From IMG/VR virus record IMGVR_UViG_3300031555_005217, positions 135,047 to 156,901 of that record: a stretch of DNA of 21,855 nucleotides; one strand, written 5' to 3'. The translations under genes and the position numbers were made by a program. Source of the stretch: a virus (taxonomy: Duplodnaviria; Heunggongvirae; Uroviricota; Caudoviricetes). Under the pieces are notes generated by a model. The model was not told the DNA's origin. It saw only the letters and a list, made by a program, of their open reading frames with translations, and ran no database searches. Positions 7,366-15,198 of the stretch are shown here, in pieces. The first letter of the stretch is position 1. Every line of letters starts with the position of its first letter.

Positions 7366-7650
7366 TTATGAAACTTCTCCTGAAAGTGATTCTTCTAAAA
7401 ACTCTTCTTTAGCTTCTTCATTCATTTTATACTTGATAGTCTGCTCTATTAAATCTAACTTCTTCCCAATTGTCATGGTGGTTTCTTGTTTAAGTTGTCT
7501 ATCTCAATATTCTTCAAAGCTATTAATTTCTTTTAGTAACATTAATTTGATATAAGAAATTCCCAAATTTTTATTCTCAGGATCTAGCTTCTCACAATAG
7601 TTATAAGCTTGTTCTAATCCATTTAATTTTCCTTTATAGAATTCATTCAT
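7366..7650 (-). CDS. hypothetical protein, 94 aa, one in-frame TGA (read as Trp)
   Basis: Missing from the ORF track. RBS AAGGAGG, ATG 7650, TGA at 7504-7506, then 45 further open codons to TAA at 7366: MNEFYKGKLNG...INSFEEY[W]DRQLKQ...ESLSGEVS*. Confidence 0.75.
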
Positions 7651-7697
7651 ATAAACTTATAACCTCCTTATATGGTATTTTATTATATTTAATATAC

Positions 7698-7740
7698 AAT
7701 AAAAAGCTCCCTTTAGAATAAAGCAAGGGAGCTTTTTATT
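7698..7740 (-). terminator. strong Rho-independent terminator
   Basis: 16-bp perfect inverted repeat 7698-7713/7725-7740 (GCTCCCTT core) with T-runs. Confidence 0.8.
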
Positions 7741-7796
7741 TTGAAACGTGTGTTTAGGAGGTAACTAATATTTCAAGAAGTATTTTTCTACTTCAA
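7698..7796 (-). ncRNA. candidate ~100-nt sRNA with anti-SD tract
   Basis: Lies between an ATTGTATA promoter-like motif (7802-7809) and the terminator. 5' hairpin GAAGTA/TACTTC (7777-7794), ACCUCCU at 7756-7762, no ORF. Confidence 0.45.
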
Positions 7797-7808
7797 TATA
7801 ATATACAA

Positions 7809-8009
7809 TTAATTTTTATTATTTTCTAATCAGTTCATATAATAGTTTCTAATTTTATTTAATTCTTCTTTTTTCTCTCTTAATTCTGTTTTAGATAAAG
7901 AAGAGGTATTATTCTTTATCAGTCCATCTACCTTATCTATTTCATCTATTAAGTGTAATGAAAAATTATCTACTCCTAATAGCTTACCTAATTCCATATA
8001 TGTACTCAT
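7809..8009 (-). CDS. hypothetical protein, 66 aa if the TGA at 7830-7832 is read through (59 aa otherwise)
   Basis: Missing from the ORF track. RBS AAAGGAG, ATG 8009: MSTYMELGKLLGVDNF...RNYYMN[W]LENNKN*. Confidence 0.7.
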
Positions 8010-8027
8010 AACTATTTCTCCTTTATT

Positions 8028-8261
8028 TTATTTGATACTAATTACATAACAACTAATAATTTGTTTTGCTAAACGATAATCATCTCTATAATTAACTGAT
8101 TTAATTTCACGATTTAATAATCTTTCAGGTAATGAAGTTGGGGATAAATCCTCATGATCAATGTATACTATACCTTGAACCCAACCACCATCTTCAACTA
8201 CCGCTAATGTACCTGCATCAGTTTCATGTAATAAGAAATCCTTTAAAGTTTGTTTTCTCAT
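8028..8261 (-). CDS. hypothetical protein, 77 aa (start revised to MRKQTL)
   Basis: GGAGG RBS precedes the ATG at 8261. The track start at 8306 lies inside the upstream gene. Confidence 0.78.
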   Translation of the reverse strand: MRKQTLKDFLLHETDAGTLAVVEDGGWVQGIVYIDHEDLSPTSLPERLLNREIKSVNYRDDYRLAKQIISCYVISIK

Positions 8262-8278
8262 AATATAATTTCCTCCAA

Positions 8279-8608
8279 TTAATCTAAATATGGTTGGTAA
8301 TCCCATCTACCGAAAGTGGCATACTCAGGATAGTCTGTTTCTCTTCCTCGTGTTCCCCAACATCCAAATTTAGGTTTCCAAAATAATTGTTTAATTCTAC
8401 CATTCTTATCTTCTACAATATCATCAGCTAATGTATCGTAATATCTTGGACCATTAAATATCAAATTACATTCTTGAATAAATATACAATTTGTATTTAC
8501 TCCTATAACAGTGTAAGGATGACGAACCATATCAATCATACCATTACCTGTTCTTTGAGATAAGTAAAGTCTATCTCCTACCTTTGGATAACTCTTTTCA
8601 TTTCCCAT
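8279..8608 (-). CDS. phage hypothetical protein, 109 aa
   Basis: RBS AGGTAGGT, class I promoter at 8634-8678, TAA stop. Confidence 0.85.
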   Translation of the reverse strand: MGNEKSYPKVGDRLYLSQRTGNGMIDMVRHPYTVIGVNTNCIFIQECNLIFNGPRYYDTLADDIVEDKNGRIKQLFWKPKFGCWGTRGRETDYPEYATFGRWDYQPYLD

Positions 8609-8633
8609 ATTATACTACCTACCTTTTTAATTA

Positions 8634-8678
8634 TTTACAAATTAATTATAGAATATATTATATTTAAATTCAAAACCA
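8634..8678 (-). promoter_or_regulatory. class I early promoter
   Basis: TGG-TT-TTGAAT-N17-TATAAT-N5-TGTAAA. Confidence 0.8.
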
Positions 8679-8683
8679 TCAAG

Positions 8684-9001
8684 TTAGTTTTCTATATAAC
8701 AATAGTCAATAACCCATTCTGGAAGATAACGTTCTAATCTAACACAAGGATCTGTATCGTCTAGACTACTAGCAAATATAGAACTTCCTATCATATCTGG
8801 AAGAAAATACTTATTATCACTTCTAAAAGAATAAGATCTTGATTCGAGAGGATATTCTTTACCCCATGATTCAACATCTTTGAATACTACAACGCACTTT
8901 AAAGGATTTGAATCTCCATATTGATTCTTAATATTATTTTGAGAGTTATGCTCACTGATTTTCTCAGTAAGCTCTCTCCATGTTAATTTGTTAATTTGCA
9001 T
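8684..9001 (-). CDS. phage hypothetical protein, 105 aa
   Basis: Starts 5 nt after the upstream stop. The YPLESRSY...SDNKYF...SIF..SLD.TD.CVRL pattern is recalled from Bacillota phage proteins. Confidence 0.85.
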   Translation of the reverse strand: MQINKLTWRELTEKISEHNSQNNIKNQYGDSNPLKCVVVFKDVESWGKEYPLESRSYSFRSDNKYFLPDMIGSSIFASSLDDTDPCVRLERYLPEWVIDYCYIEN

Positions 9002-9006
9002 AATTA

Positions 9007-9210
9007 TTACTCCTGTATTAAATGATTAATTAATGAAGAAGGTGTAAATCTAATAGTGTAAATATCTCCGCTATGGAAATCTTTTCTTACTAGATTATTA
9101 AATGTAATGTGAAGAACAGGTTCGAAATGTTCTCTTTCTTCGATTTGTGTAATTGTGCCTTTGCCGAATTTGCTGTGATTAATTTGTTGATTTAATGTAA
9201 ATGTTTGCAT
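9007..9210 (-). CDS. 67-aa Tudor-like protein resembling the PcrA/UvrD C-terminal domain
   Basis: RBS AAAGGAG. Motif QINHSKFGKGTITQI...LHITF. Confidence 0.75.
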   Translation of the reverse strand: MQTFTLNQQINHSKFGKGTITQIEEREHFEPVLHITFNNLVRKDFHSGDIYTIRFTPSSLINHLIQE

Positions 9211-9234
9211 ATTATATATTCTCCTTTACCTTTA

Positions 9235-9279
9235 TTTACACCTTAATTATATAATAAATAAATATAACTTTCAAAACCA
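9235..9279 (-). promoter_or_regulatory. class I early promoter
   Basis: TGG-TT-TTGAAA-N17-TATAAT-N5-TGTAAA. Confidence 0.85.
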
Positions 9280-9291
9280 AATAAAAAGAAA

Positions 9292-9314
9292 AGTCTAGAA
9301 ATAATTTCTAGACT
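9292..9314 (-). terminator. Rho-independent terminator
   Basis: AGTCTAGAAAT/ATTTCTAGACT inverted repeat overlapping the TAG stop of 9308..9694. Confidence 0.65.
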
Positions 9315-9694
9315 AAAAAGAAATACTTTATAGGATCAAAATCAGGTGCAGCATATTCTCCAACATCTTCTGTTAAAATATCTACTATTGAAACATTAGT
9401 TTCTCCAGCACCTAATAGAATCTTTCCTGAATTAAACTTAACCATGAAATGTCCATCTTTGATTCCATACCCAATAGTAGATCCATTTTCATATCCTAAA
9501 TCTTCTAACTTACTACAAGCTATATATTCTATATCTTCAAATAAATTTAATATAACTTGTAATGCTTCTGATTGAGAAAACTTTCCTGTTAATTTTTTTA
9601 ATTGATTCCCATTTAAACTATCTACAATCTCTTTAGATAAAATATCAAAATCAGAAGAAGTTATGAATTGAAGTTTCTTAATTTGTAGTTTCAT
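9308..9694 (-). CDS. hypothetical protein, 128 aa
   Basis: RBS GGGAGGG, TAG stop inside the terminator. Confidence 0.8.
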   Translation of the reverse strand: MKLQIKKLQFITSSDFDILSKEIVDSLNGNQLKKLTGKFSQSEALQVILNLFEDIEYIACSKLEDLGYENGSTIGYGIKDGHFMVKFNSGKILLGAGETNVSIVDILTEDVGEYAAPDFDPIKYFFLV

Positions 9695-9726
9695 ATAATT
9701 TTAACCCTCCCTTATATGGTTGTTTA

Positions 9727-10053
9727 TTATTTCGACTTATCATTTATTTTAGCATTATTGTCTTCACACCATTTAAAACAATCTTGTCTTTTATTAAACA
9801 AGAGTAACTTCCTATTATCCTTTTGAACATATAAATGAGTAGCTTTATCTATAACTGCCCAATAATATTTACTTTTATGACAAGGCATATATCTATTATT
9901 TATAGTATTTTGTTTCTCTATAAGATTATCTATAACTCCTTTACATTCTTTTATTGAAGCATATTTAAAATCATTTATAGCTTCTTTAAAAGCGTTTTGA
10001 ATTATATATTGAGTATTATGTTTAAGTATATTATATCCTTTGTATTTACTCAC
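9727..10053 (-). CDS. hypothetical basic protein, 108 aa
   Basis: GTG start with RBS AGAGGT, TAA stop. Confidence 0.75.
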   Translation of the reverse strand: MSKYKGYNILKHNTQYIIQNAFKEAINDFKYASIKECKGVIDNLIEKQNTINNRYMPCHKSKYYWAVIDKATHLYVQKDNRKLLLFNKRQDCFKWCEDNNAKINDKSK

Positions 10054-10110
10054 ATTAACACCTCTTTAATATTATTTATATATTCAATTTAATATATAAC
10101 TAAAAAAGAA

Positions 10111-10134
10111 AAAGTATCTTATTAAAGATACTTT
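10111..10134 (-). terminator. Rho-independent terminator
   Basis: AAAGTATCTT/AAGATACTTT inverted repeat plus T-run. Confidence 0.7.
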
Positions 10135-10288
10135 AATCTTTATCATACTTTTCTGATAAATAATAATAGTCAGCTAAATCAGCTTTATCTAAAGAACATA
10201 CTTTACTTTTTCTTTTTAAATATGTTAAGAAAGCTTTTTCTTTTTTAACAATTAAATATTCTTGTTCTTCTTCTTTTAAATGGTCTAT
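10133..10288 (-). CDS. possible 51-aa protein with non-canonical (ATA) start
   Basis: The open frame exactly fills the gap between the TAG at 10285 and the terminator: IDHLKEEEQEYLIVKKEKAFLTYLKRKSKVCSLDKADLADYYYLSEKYDKD*. No ATG/GTG/TTG start. Confidence 0.4.
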   Translation of the reverse strand: MDHLKEEEQEYLIVKKEKAFLTYLKRKSKVCSLDKADLADYYYLSEKYDKD

Positions 10289-10482
10289 AAGTTAACTAAC
10301 TCTTCTGATTCTTTAACTTCTTCTTCATCATCTGTATAGCAATTAAATCCATTTAATCTACACATGTCTTTAACATCGTCTTCTGACATATAACTTAAAC
10401 AAGCTCTAGCTACATCTTCCCAAGTTACAAAACCTTCTTCTACTGAACATATTAAATTATTAGTTACTTCTCTTGCTTCCAT
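10285..10482 (-). CDS. phage hypothetical protein, 65 aa
   Basis: RBS AAGGAAGG, class I promoter. The ...V..CLSYMSEDDV.DM..N pattern is recalled from phages. Confidence 0.8.
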   Translation of the reverse strand: MEAREVTNNLICSVEEGFVTWEDVARACLSYMSEDDVKDMCRLNGFNCYTDDEEEVKESEELVNL

Positions 10483-10506
10483 AATTAATTACCTTCCTTA
10501 TTTTTC

Positions 10507-10551
10507 TTTACACCTATATTATATAATAAAAAAAGATGATTTTCAAAACCA
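10507..10551 (-). promoter_or_regulatory. class I early promoter
   Basis: TGG-TT-TTGAAA-N17-TATAAT-N5-TGTAAA. Confidence 0.85.
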
Positions 10552-10552
10552 T

Positions 10553-11203
10553 CTAATCTAAATTATAATTTCCTTTTTTCACTTCAGCATCCCAATAAAT
10601 TGCCACTTCACATATTAATGACATTATTTTAGGGTCAATTGTACTATATGCTTTAGACCACCCACCACTCTTTGTAACATATCTTAATTGTGTTCCTTCA
10701 TTATTAGGAAGTAATTCAAGTGTATATTGTGGACTATCTTGCATTTCACCTGTACGATAAATTCTACCGAACTTAATTGTTCGTTTTACTTTTCTTTGCA
10801 TAACAATTCCAGCTTCCTCTAAAGCTTTTAAAGCTGCTTCAGGTTGAGTTAATATCTTATACTTTGAAGATTTAATTTTATCTGTATGAAGAACTATAGG
10901 TTTTATACCATCTATTATTTTTAGATAGGTAGGCATACCAGCAACTAGAACAGTAATTCTTGTATCTTCCCATTTAAAATCATCTGCAGATAATGTCGGA
11001 TATTTATCTAACCACCATTTATTAACTCTATCAACCTCTTCTATTGTTAATGGTTTAGCTTTCTCATCTGCTAATGCGTCATAACCACAATCTTTTAAAT
11101 TGACATTACAATTCTTACTTTGGCTATTCCAAACCTTCTTATATTCCCAACAGAATATATTGTTATGAGCTTCAAATAAATCATCCTTATAATTTTTAAA
11201 CAT
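10553..11203 (-). CDS. hypothetical protein, 216 aa
   Basis: RBS AGGAGG, class I promoter at 11225-11270. Confidence 0.85.
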   Translation of the reverse strand: MFKNYKDDLFEAHNNIFCWEYKKVWNSQSKNCNVNLKDCGYDALADEKAKPLTIEEVDRVNKWWLDKYPTLSADDFKWEDTRITVLVAGMPTYLKIIDGIKPIVLHTDKIKSSKYKILTQPEAALKALEEAGIVMQRKVKRTIKFGRIYRTGEMQDSPQYTLELLPNNEGTQLRYVTKSGGWSKAYSTIDPKIMSLICEVAIYWDAEVKKGNYNLD

Positions 11204-11275
11204 AACTATTTCCTCCTATTTCTTTATCACGTTTATATTATATAATAAACTAAATTTAAATTAAACACCATTTAA

Positions 11276-11935
11276 TTATAATAATTTATTTAAAATATTT
11301 AAAGCATTCAAGAATGTATAGGAATCTTCCATATCATATTTGTAAGTGTTGTTGACAAAATGTCTTTTACTAGTTTTACTCTTACAAATAGTGTAAGCAG
11401 TTCTTTCTAGAATCTCATCTGACATCTCACTGTAGCAACGTAATGTATTTTCAGTTCTTTGAAGATTTTGTACATCATATTGAGATAAACTTAGAACTTT
11501 AACACCACAGTTATTAAACGCATTACAAAACTCATTATACTCACTGCTTCTCTTAGCCCTAATTTCCATCAGCTTATATAAGATATCTTCTCTAGGGATA
11601 TCAGGTAATACATCAAATAAGTGTTCAAACTCTTCGGAATACTTCTTTGCAGTATTAGCTAAATCCAACAAATCTTGTTCAGTTAATACATCTACATCTA
11701 CCCCATTTAATTTATCGAGTTCTCTATGAGAAGGTAACTTTGAATATTCTTCCCAATTTAAAGTTTTTGCTCCTATTCTATCTCCTCTACCAGACAAATA
11801 TAATCTATTACCTGAACGTAGGTAACTAAATACTATACCGTGAATTACATAACCTTTGAAGTAATTCCCATCATCAGCAAAATCATAAGATGAATTTCTT
11901 ACAAAACCATATTTACCTAAATTAATCTTACGCAT
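11276..11935 (-). CDS. hypothetical protein, 219 aa
   Basis: RBS GGAGGAGAG. Overlaps the upstream gene by 8 nt (translational coupling). Confidence 0.85.
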   Translation of the reverse strand: MRKINLGKYGFVRNSSYDFADDGNYFKGYVIHGIVFSYLRSGNRLYLSGRGDRIGAKTLNWEEYSKLPSHRELDKLNGVDVDVLTEQDLLDLANTAKKYSEEFEHLFDVLPDIPREDILYKLMEIRAKRSSEYNEFCNAFNNCGVKVLSLSQYDVQNLQRTENTLRCYSEMSDEILERTAYTICKSKTSKRHFVNNTYKYDMEDSYTFLNALNILNKLL

Positions 11936-12176
11936 ATTTACTCTCCTCCAATTCAGATATTTGTTCTATAAGTGCTTTCTTAGCTTCTTCGAATGTTGTA
12001 AATATCTCATCAGTATCTCTTTCATAATCCCCATATCTAGTATATACATGATAACTAATTGATGTTCTGTCAATTGAAATACTTCTAACCTCAACTTTTA
12101 TTATAGGGTCATATAAATTATCTCTATTTAAAATGTATACCTGTTGACCAAGATTAAATTCTGTTGTAATTTTCAT
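11928..12176 (-). CDS. hypothetical protein, 82 aa (small beta-barrel-like)
   Basis: RBS AAGGAGG. FNLGQQVYIL pattern typical of SH3-like phage proteins. Confidence 0.8.
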   Translation of the reverse strand: MKITTEFNLGQQVYILNRDNLYDPIIKVEVRSISIDRTSISYHVYTRYGDYERDTDEIFTTFEEAKKALIEQISELEESKYA

Positions 12177-12193
12177 AACTGTATTCCTCCTTA

Positions 12194-12238
12194 ATTACAC
12201 ATTAATTATAATATAAAAAGACATCTTAATCAAAACCA
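12194..12238 (-). promoter_or_regulatory. class I early promoter
   Basis: TGG-TT-TTGATT-N17-TATAAT-N5-TGTAAT. Confidence 0.8.
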
Positions 12239-12251
12239 AATAAAAAAAAAT

Positions 12252-12274
12252 AAAAGAGGTTTATAACCTCTTTT
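12252..12274 (-). terminator. Rho-independent terminator
   Basis: AAAAGAGGTT/AACCTCTTTT 10-bp inverted repeat plus T-run. Confidence 0.8.
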
Positions 12275-12488
12275 ATTTGTCAAGATCAATTATATCGATA
12301 CTTAATAATGAATATCCTAATTTTTCTACTTCATCTTGAATTTCATCATAAGCTTCATAAAAATCATCTGATCTATCTAAAATTTCATTTGCAATTCCTT
12401 GAATAGAAGTTTTAATTGATTCTCCTTGAGCTTCTTTAGTATCTACTACTCCAATAATTACTTCTTGATATTTAATTCCATATAACAT
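12273..12488 (-). CDS. hypothetical acidic protein, 71 aa
   Basis: RBS AAAGGAG, class I promoter at 12524-12557. Confidence 0.8.
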   Translation of the reverse strand: MLYGIKYQEVIIGVVDTKEAQGESIKTSIQGIANEILDRSDDFYEAYDEIQDEVEKLGYSLLSIDIIDLDK

Positions 12489-12563
12489 ATTTTTATATCT
12501 CCTTTTTATTTTATTTCAATTAAATTATATATTAAATATAGCTATAAATCAAATGCATTATAA

Positions 12564-13520
12564 TTAAAATAAGCTGCTTATTAGCTCTTTATTTTGTCTT
12601 AAATCATTTAATGTACTTTCGATATATTTATATAATTGAGGATTCTTTAAGCTCTTTAAATGATTCAATAATTTAATTCCTTCATTATCACTTAATTTAT
12701 AACACTTACAGAAATGATTTAACATAAATTCTTGATTTATAGAATTTAAATACTTAACCAATCTTTTAGGATCGAATGAAGTAGAATAATTATAACATTT
12801 CTCTTTAACTTTATTTCCATCTTCATCGAATACTTCAATGTAATTAGTACTTTTAGTTTCTTTAAAAGAATCTCCTAAAGCTATACCATCTATAATGATT
12901 GCTTCAATTTCTTTACCTGAAACTATTAAATCTTGAATTAAACTTCTTACAGGAGAAATAGAAGGACCATCTACATATAAACCAGCATATTGTAGAATTG
13001 AGTCTCCATTTTCTTCAATCTCTTTATCTAGTCTAATTGTTTGGTAATTACCTTTTCTAATTTGTTTATTAGTAGCTTGGTACTCTTTAGCTCTTCTAGC
13101 TCCAAGAAAGAAATTAATATTCTTGTCTGGAGCATTCTCATCTAATAGATAATAGTTAGGATTTGGAATTCTATTTCCATTTTCATCTAATTTCCATTCT
13201 ACAAACTTTCCATTTTTAACTACAGCTTTATATTCAAATCTCCAACCTCTGTAGTAGAAAGCATCACTTAAAGAATCATGTAACCAATTAACAAAATCTA
13301 ATGGATCTAAATTTAAACTTAAAGATTCTTTTTGCCATTTAAATATCCATCCCCAATAACGTAACATTAAAGCTCCCCAATAACGACTACGTAATAATTC
13401 ATTTCCTGCTTCTTCAGCATCACAATAACCATTTGCTAAATCTGTTTTTGAAATTGCCTTATAATCTCCTAATAATTCGGCTTCTTTTTCAAAACATCTT
13501 CTTACATCATTTAATGTCAT
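12564..13520 (-). CDS. 318-aa protein, putative divergent phage sigma-factor-like protein
   Basis: Helical pattern reminiscent of sigma70 regions 2-3: ALMLRYWGWIFK...D.LDFVNWLHDSLSDAF...ARRAKEYQATNKQIRKGNYQTIRLDKEIEENGD (cf. SLD...DGD). The CDS is solid; the function is tentative. Confidence 0.55.
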   Translation of the reverse strand: MTLNDVRRCFEKEAELLGDYKAISKTDLANGYCDAEEAGNELLRSRYWGALMLRYWGWIFKWQKESLSLNLDPLDFVNWLHDSLSDAFYYRGWRFEYKAVVKNGKFVEWKLDENGNRIPNPNYYLLDENAPDKNINFFLGARRAKEYQATNKQIRKGNYQTIRLDKEIEENGDSILQYAGLYVDGPSISPVRSLIQDLIVSGKEIEAIIIDGIALGDSFKETKSTNYIEVFDEDGNKVKEKCYNYSTSFDPKRLVKYLNSINQEFMLNHFCKCYKLSDNEGIKLLNHLKSLKNPQLYKYIESTLNDLRQNKELISSLF

Positions 13521-13610
13521 TTTCCCTTATTTAATTAACTTTTTCATACTCTGCAAACTATTTAATGTTACTACAAATTATAAAATAATTAATTATCTCC
13601 TTTCCTACAT

Positions 13611-13655
13611 CTTACACCTTAATTATAGAATAATTAAGTGGGTTATTCAAACCCA
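13611..13655 (-). promoter_or_regulatory. class I early promoter, -35 in the loop of the upstream terminator
   Basis: TGG-GT-TTGAAT-N17-TATAAT-N5-TGTAAG. Confidence 0.8.
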
Positions 13656-13660
13656 CTTAA
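13633..13660 (-). terminator. Rho-independent terminator overlapping the next promoter
   Basis: TTAAGTGGGTT/AACCCACTTAA 11-bp inverted repeat. Confidence 0.65.
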
Positions 13661-13674
13661 ATTCTTTATTTTAA

Positions 13675-14412
13675 TTAATTGTTATAATACTTGTCAATGA
13701 ATTCATTATATTCATCTAAAGTAAGCTTTCTTCCCCATTGAATATCTGAAATCTTAATATGAGTTTCAGTTCTACTTAATGTAGGATTTGTACCTCTAGC
13801 TAAGCAACGTTGATACTTTTTCTTTAAATATCTCTTTGGATTATCTTCAGCTAATTCAGCATCTTCACTACCTAATTCAATTTCAATTTCACTAGGTTGA
13901 TCATCAAGTGCTTTAATATCATTTGCTAATCTATTAAGTCCTCTTTCAGTCATCTTATCTACTGCTAATCCACTTAAAACTAATTCATTAGCTTCAGTTG
14001 ATATTAAATCCATATTTAAAGTATTTGCTAATTCATTACCTTTTAAATCAAATGCAACCTTATCTTCAGCAGCTACTAAAATATCTCCTCTAACTACCTT
14101 AACCTTATTAATTGAAGCTTCCTTTAAATTAATTGCAACTTCAAACCACTTCATTACAGGCTTACCCCAATAAGCTCTACTAAAATGTCTTTGAAGAATT
14201 TGATCTTCTAAATAAGACTTATTAGTAATCATATTAAGACCTATTAAATTGCCACCTGAATATAAACCAACTAATTGATCATTTTGAACTAATTCAATAA
14301 TCTCTTCTAATGTTCCTTTATAAGGATTTTCAATGCTTTCCTCTAGTTGATTTAAATCTAACTTCTCAACTTCTACTACTTCTCTTCCTAAAACTTCTGC
14401 AAACTTATTCAT
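13675..14412 (-). CDS. hypothetical protein, 245 aa
   Basis: RBS AGGAGG, two tandem class I promoters upstream (14456-14501 and 14551-14595). Confidence 0.88.
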   Translation of the reverse strand: MNKFAEVLGREVVEVEKLDLNQLEESIENPYKGTLEEIIELVQNDQLVGLYSGGNLIGLNMITNKSYLEDQILQRHFSRAYWGKPVMKWFEVAINLKEASINKVKVVRGDILVAAEDKVAFDLKGNELANTLNMDLISTEANELVLSGLAVDKMTERGLNRLANDIKALDDQPSEIEIELGSEDAELAEDNPKRYLKKKYQRCLARGTNPTLSRTETHIKISDIQWGRKLTLDEYNEFIDKYYNN

Positions 14413-14579
14413 ATACTTTCCTCCTAATTTTTAATATTTTTTGCTTTGAATAACTTTTACATTTATTATTATAAGATATTTTTAAGTACTTTACTAACCC
14501 ATATAAATGTTTATTTTTTTTTTAATTAGGTTAAAGTAAAGTACTTAAAACTTACATCTATATTATAACTTACTTTTTA

Positions 14580-15002
14580 TTAAATTTCTACACCAATACT
14601 TAAAATATTTTCAAATTTAATATTATAAACATCAGGGTTTCCACTCTTTAATTTCTTTTCTCCAATAATTCCAATAGCATCTTCTTTAGTGATTTGAACA
14701 CCATCTAAATAATACGTTGATTTATTATTGCTTGAATAACTTGACGCTACTCTTAAATAATAATTACCTTTGTGTTCAATGACCAAATTTTCTAAACCAG
14801 GTACCCAACTTCCCCAAGGTAGACTTTGAATAGGTGTTTGGCGATCTTTATTGATTGCCATGTTAGCATAATTAACACCTAATCTAATTACTAAATCAGA
14901 TTCTTTTGTAACTCCTTTACCATAATCTTTTACTTTCTTTAATGAAATGTAACGTCCTTTCTTAACGTTTGCTAATGCTAATAAGATTTGATCTTTTGTC
15001 AT
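14580..15002 (-). CDS. phage hypothetical protein, 140 aa (LPWGxW...IEHKG.YYLR type)
   Basis: RBS AGGAGG, class I promoter at 15028-15072. Motif recalled from large phages. Confidence 0.88.
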   Translation of the reverse strand: MTKDQILLALANVKKGRYISLKKVKDYGKGVTKESDLVIRLGVNYANMAINKDRQTPIQSLPWGSWVPGLENLVIEHKGNYYLRVASSYSSNNKSTYYLDGVQITKEDAIGIIGEKKLKSGNPDVYNIKFENILSIGVEI

Positions 15003-15079
15003 ATTAATTATCCTCCTGTTTATCTTATTTACACCTTAATTATAATATAAATGGTTAATGTTTTCTAACCCAAATACAA

Positions 15080-15194
15080 AAATTTATTTAGCTCTTTAAA
15101 TCGATTTTAATTTTAAACATGAACAAATACTTATGATTTAAATTTAAATTGATTATAAAAGCTTTTAGATATCAAATATGAGCTAAATAAATTT
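15080..15194. repeat. 115-bp element bounded by 15-bp perfect inverted repeats
   Basis: AAATTTATTTAGCTC (15080-15094) / GAGCTAAATAAATTT (15180-15194). Confidence 0.7.
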
Positions 15195-15198
15195 AATC

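Noticed and set aside
8262-8306. Track start of the 92-aa ORF at 8306
   Set aside because: It lies inside the upstream CDS, while the ATG at 8261 has a GGAGG RBS
9308-10555. TAG-to-Gln recoding (code 15, as in Lak and some crAss-like phages)
   Set aside because: The three TAG-ended genes are directly followed by a terminator, promoter or next frame, and no gene appears interrupted by TAG
13521-13610. Orphan strong RBS (GGAAAGGAG at 13597-13605) upstream of the sigma-like gene
   Set aside because: No canonical start follows and the frames are at most ~16 codons. It may be a decayed mini-gene or uORF but cannot be supported.
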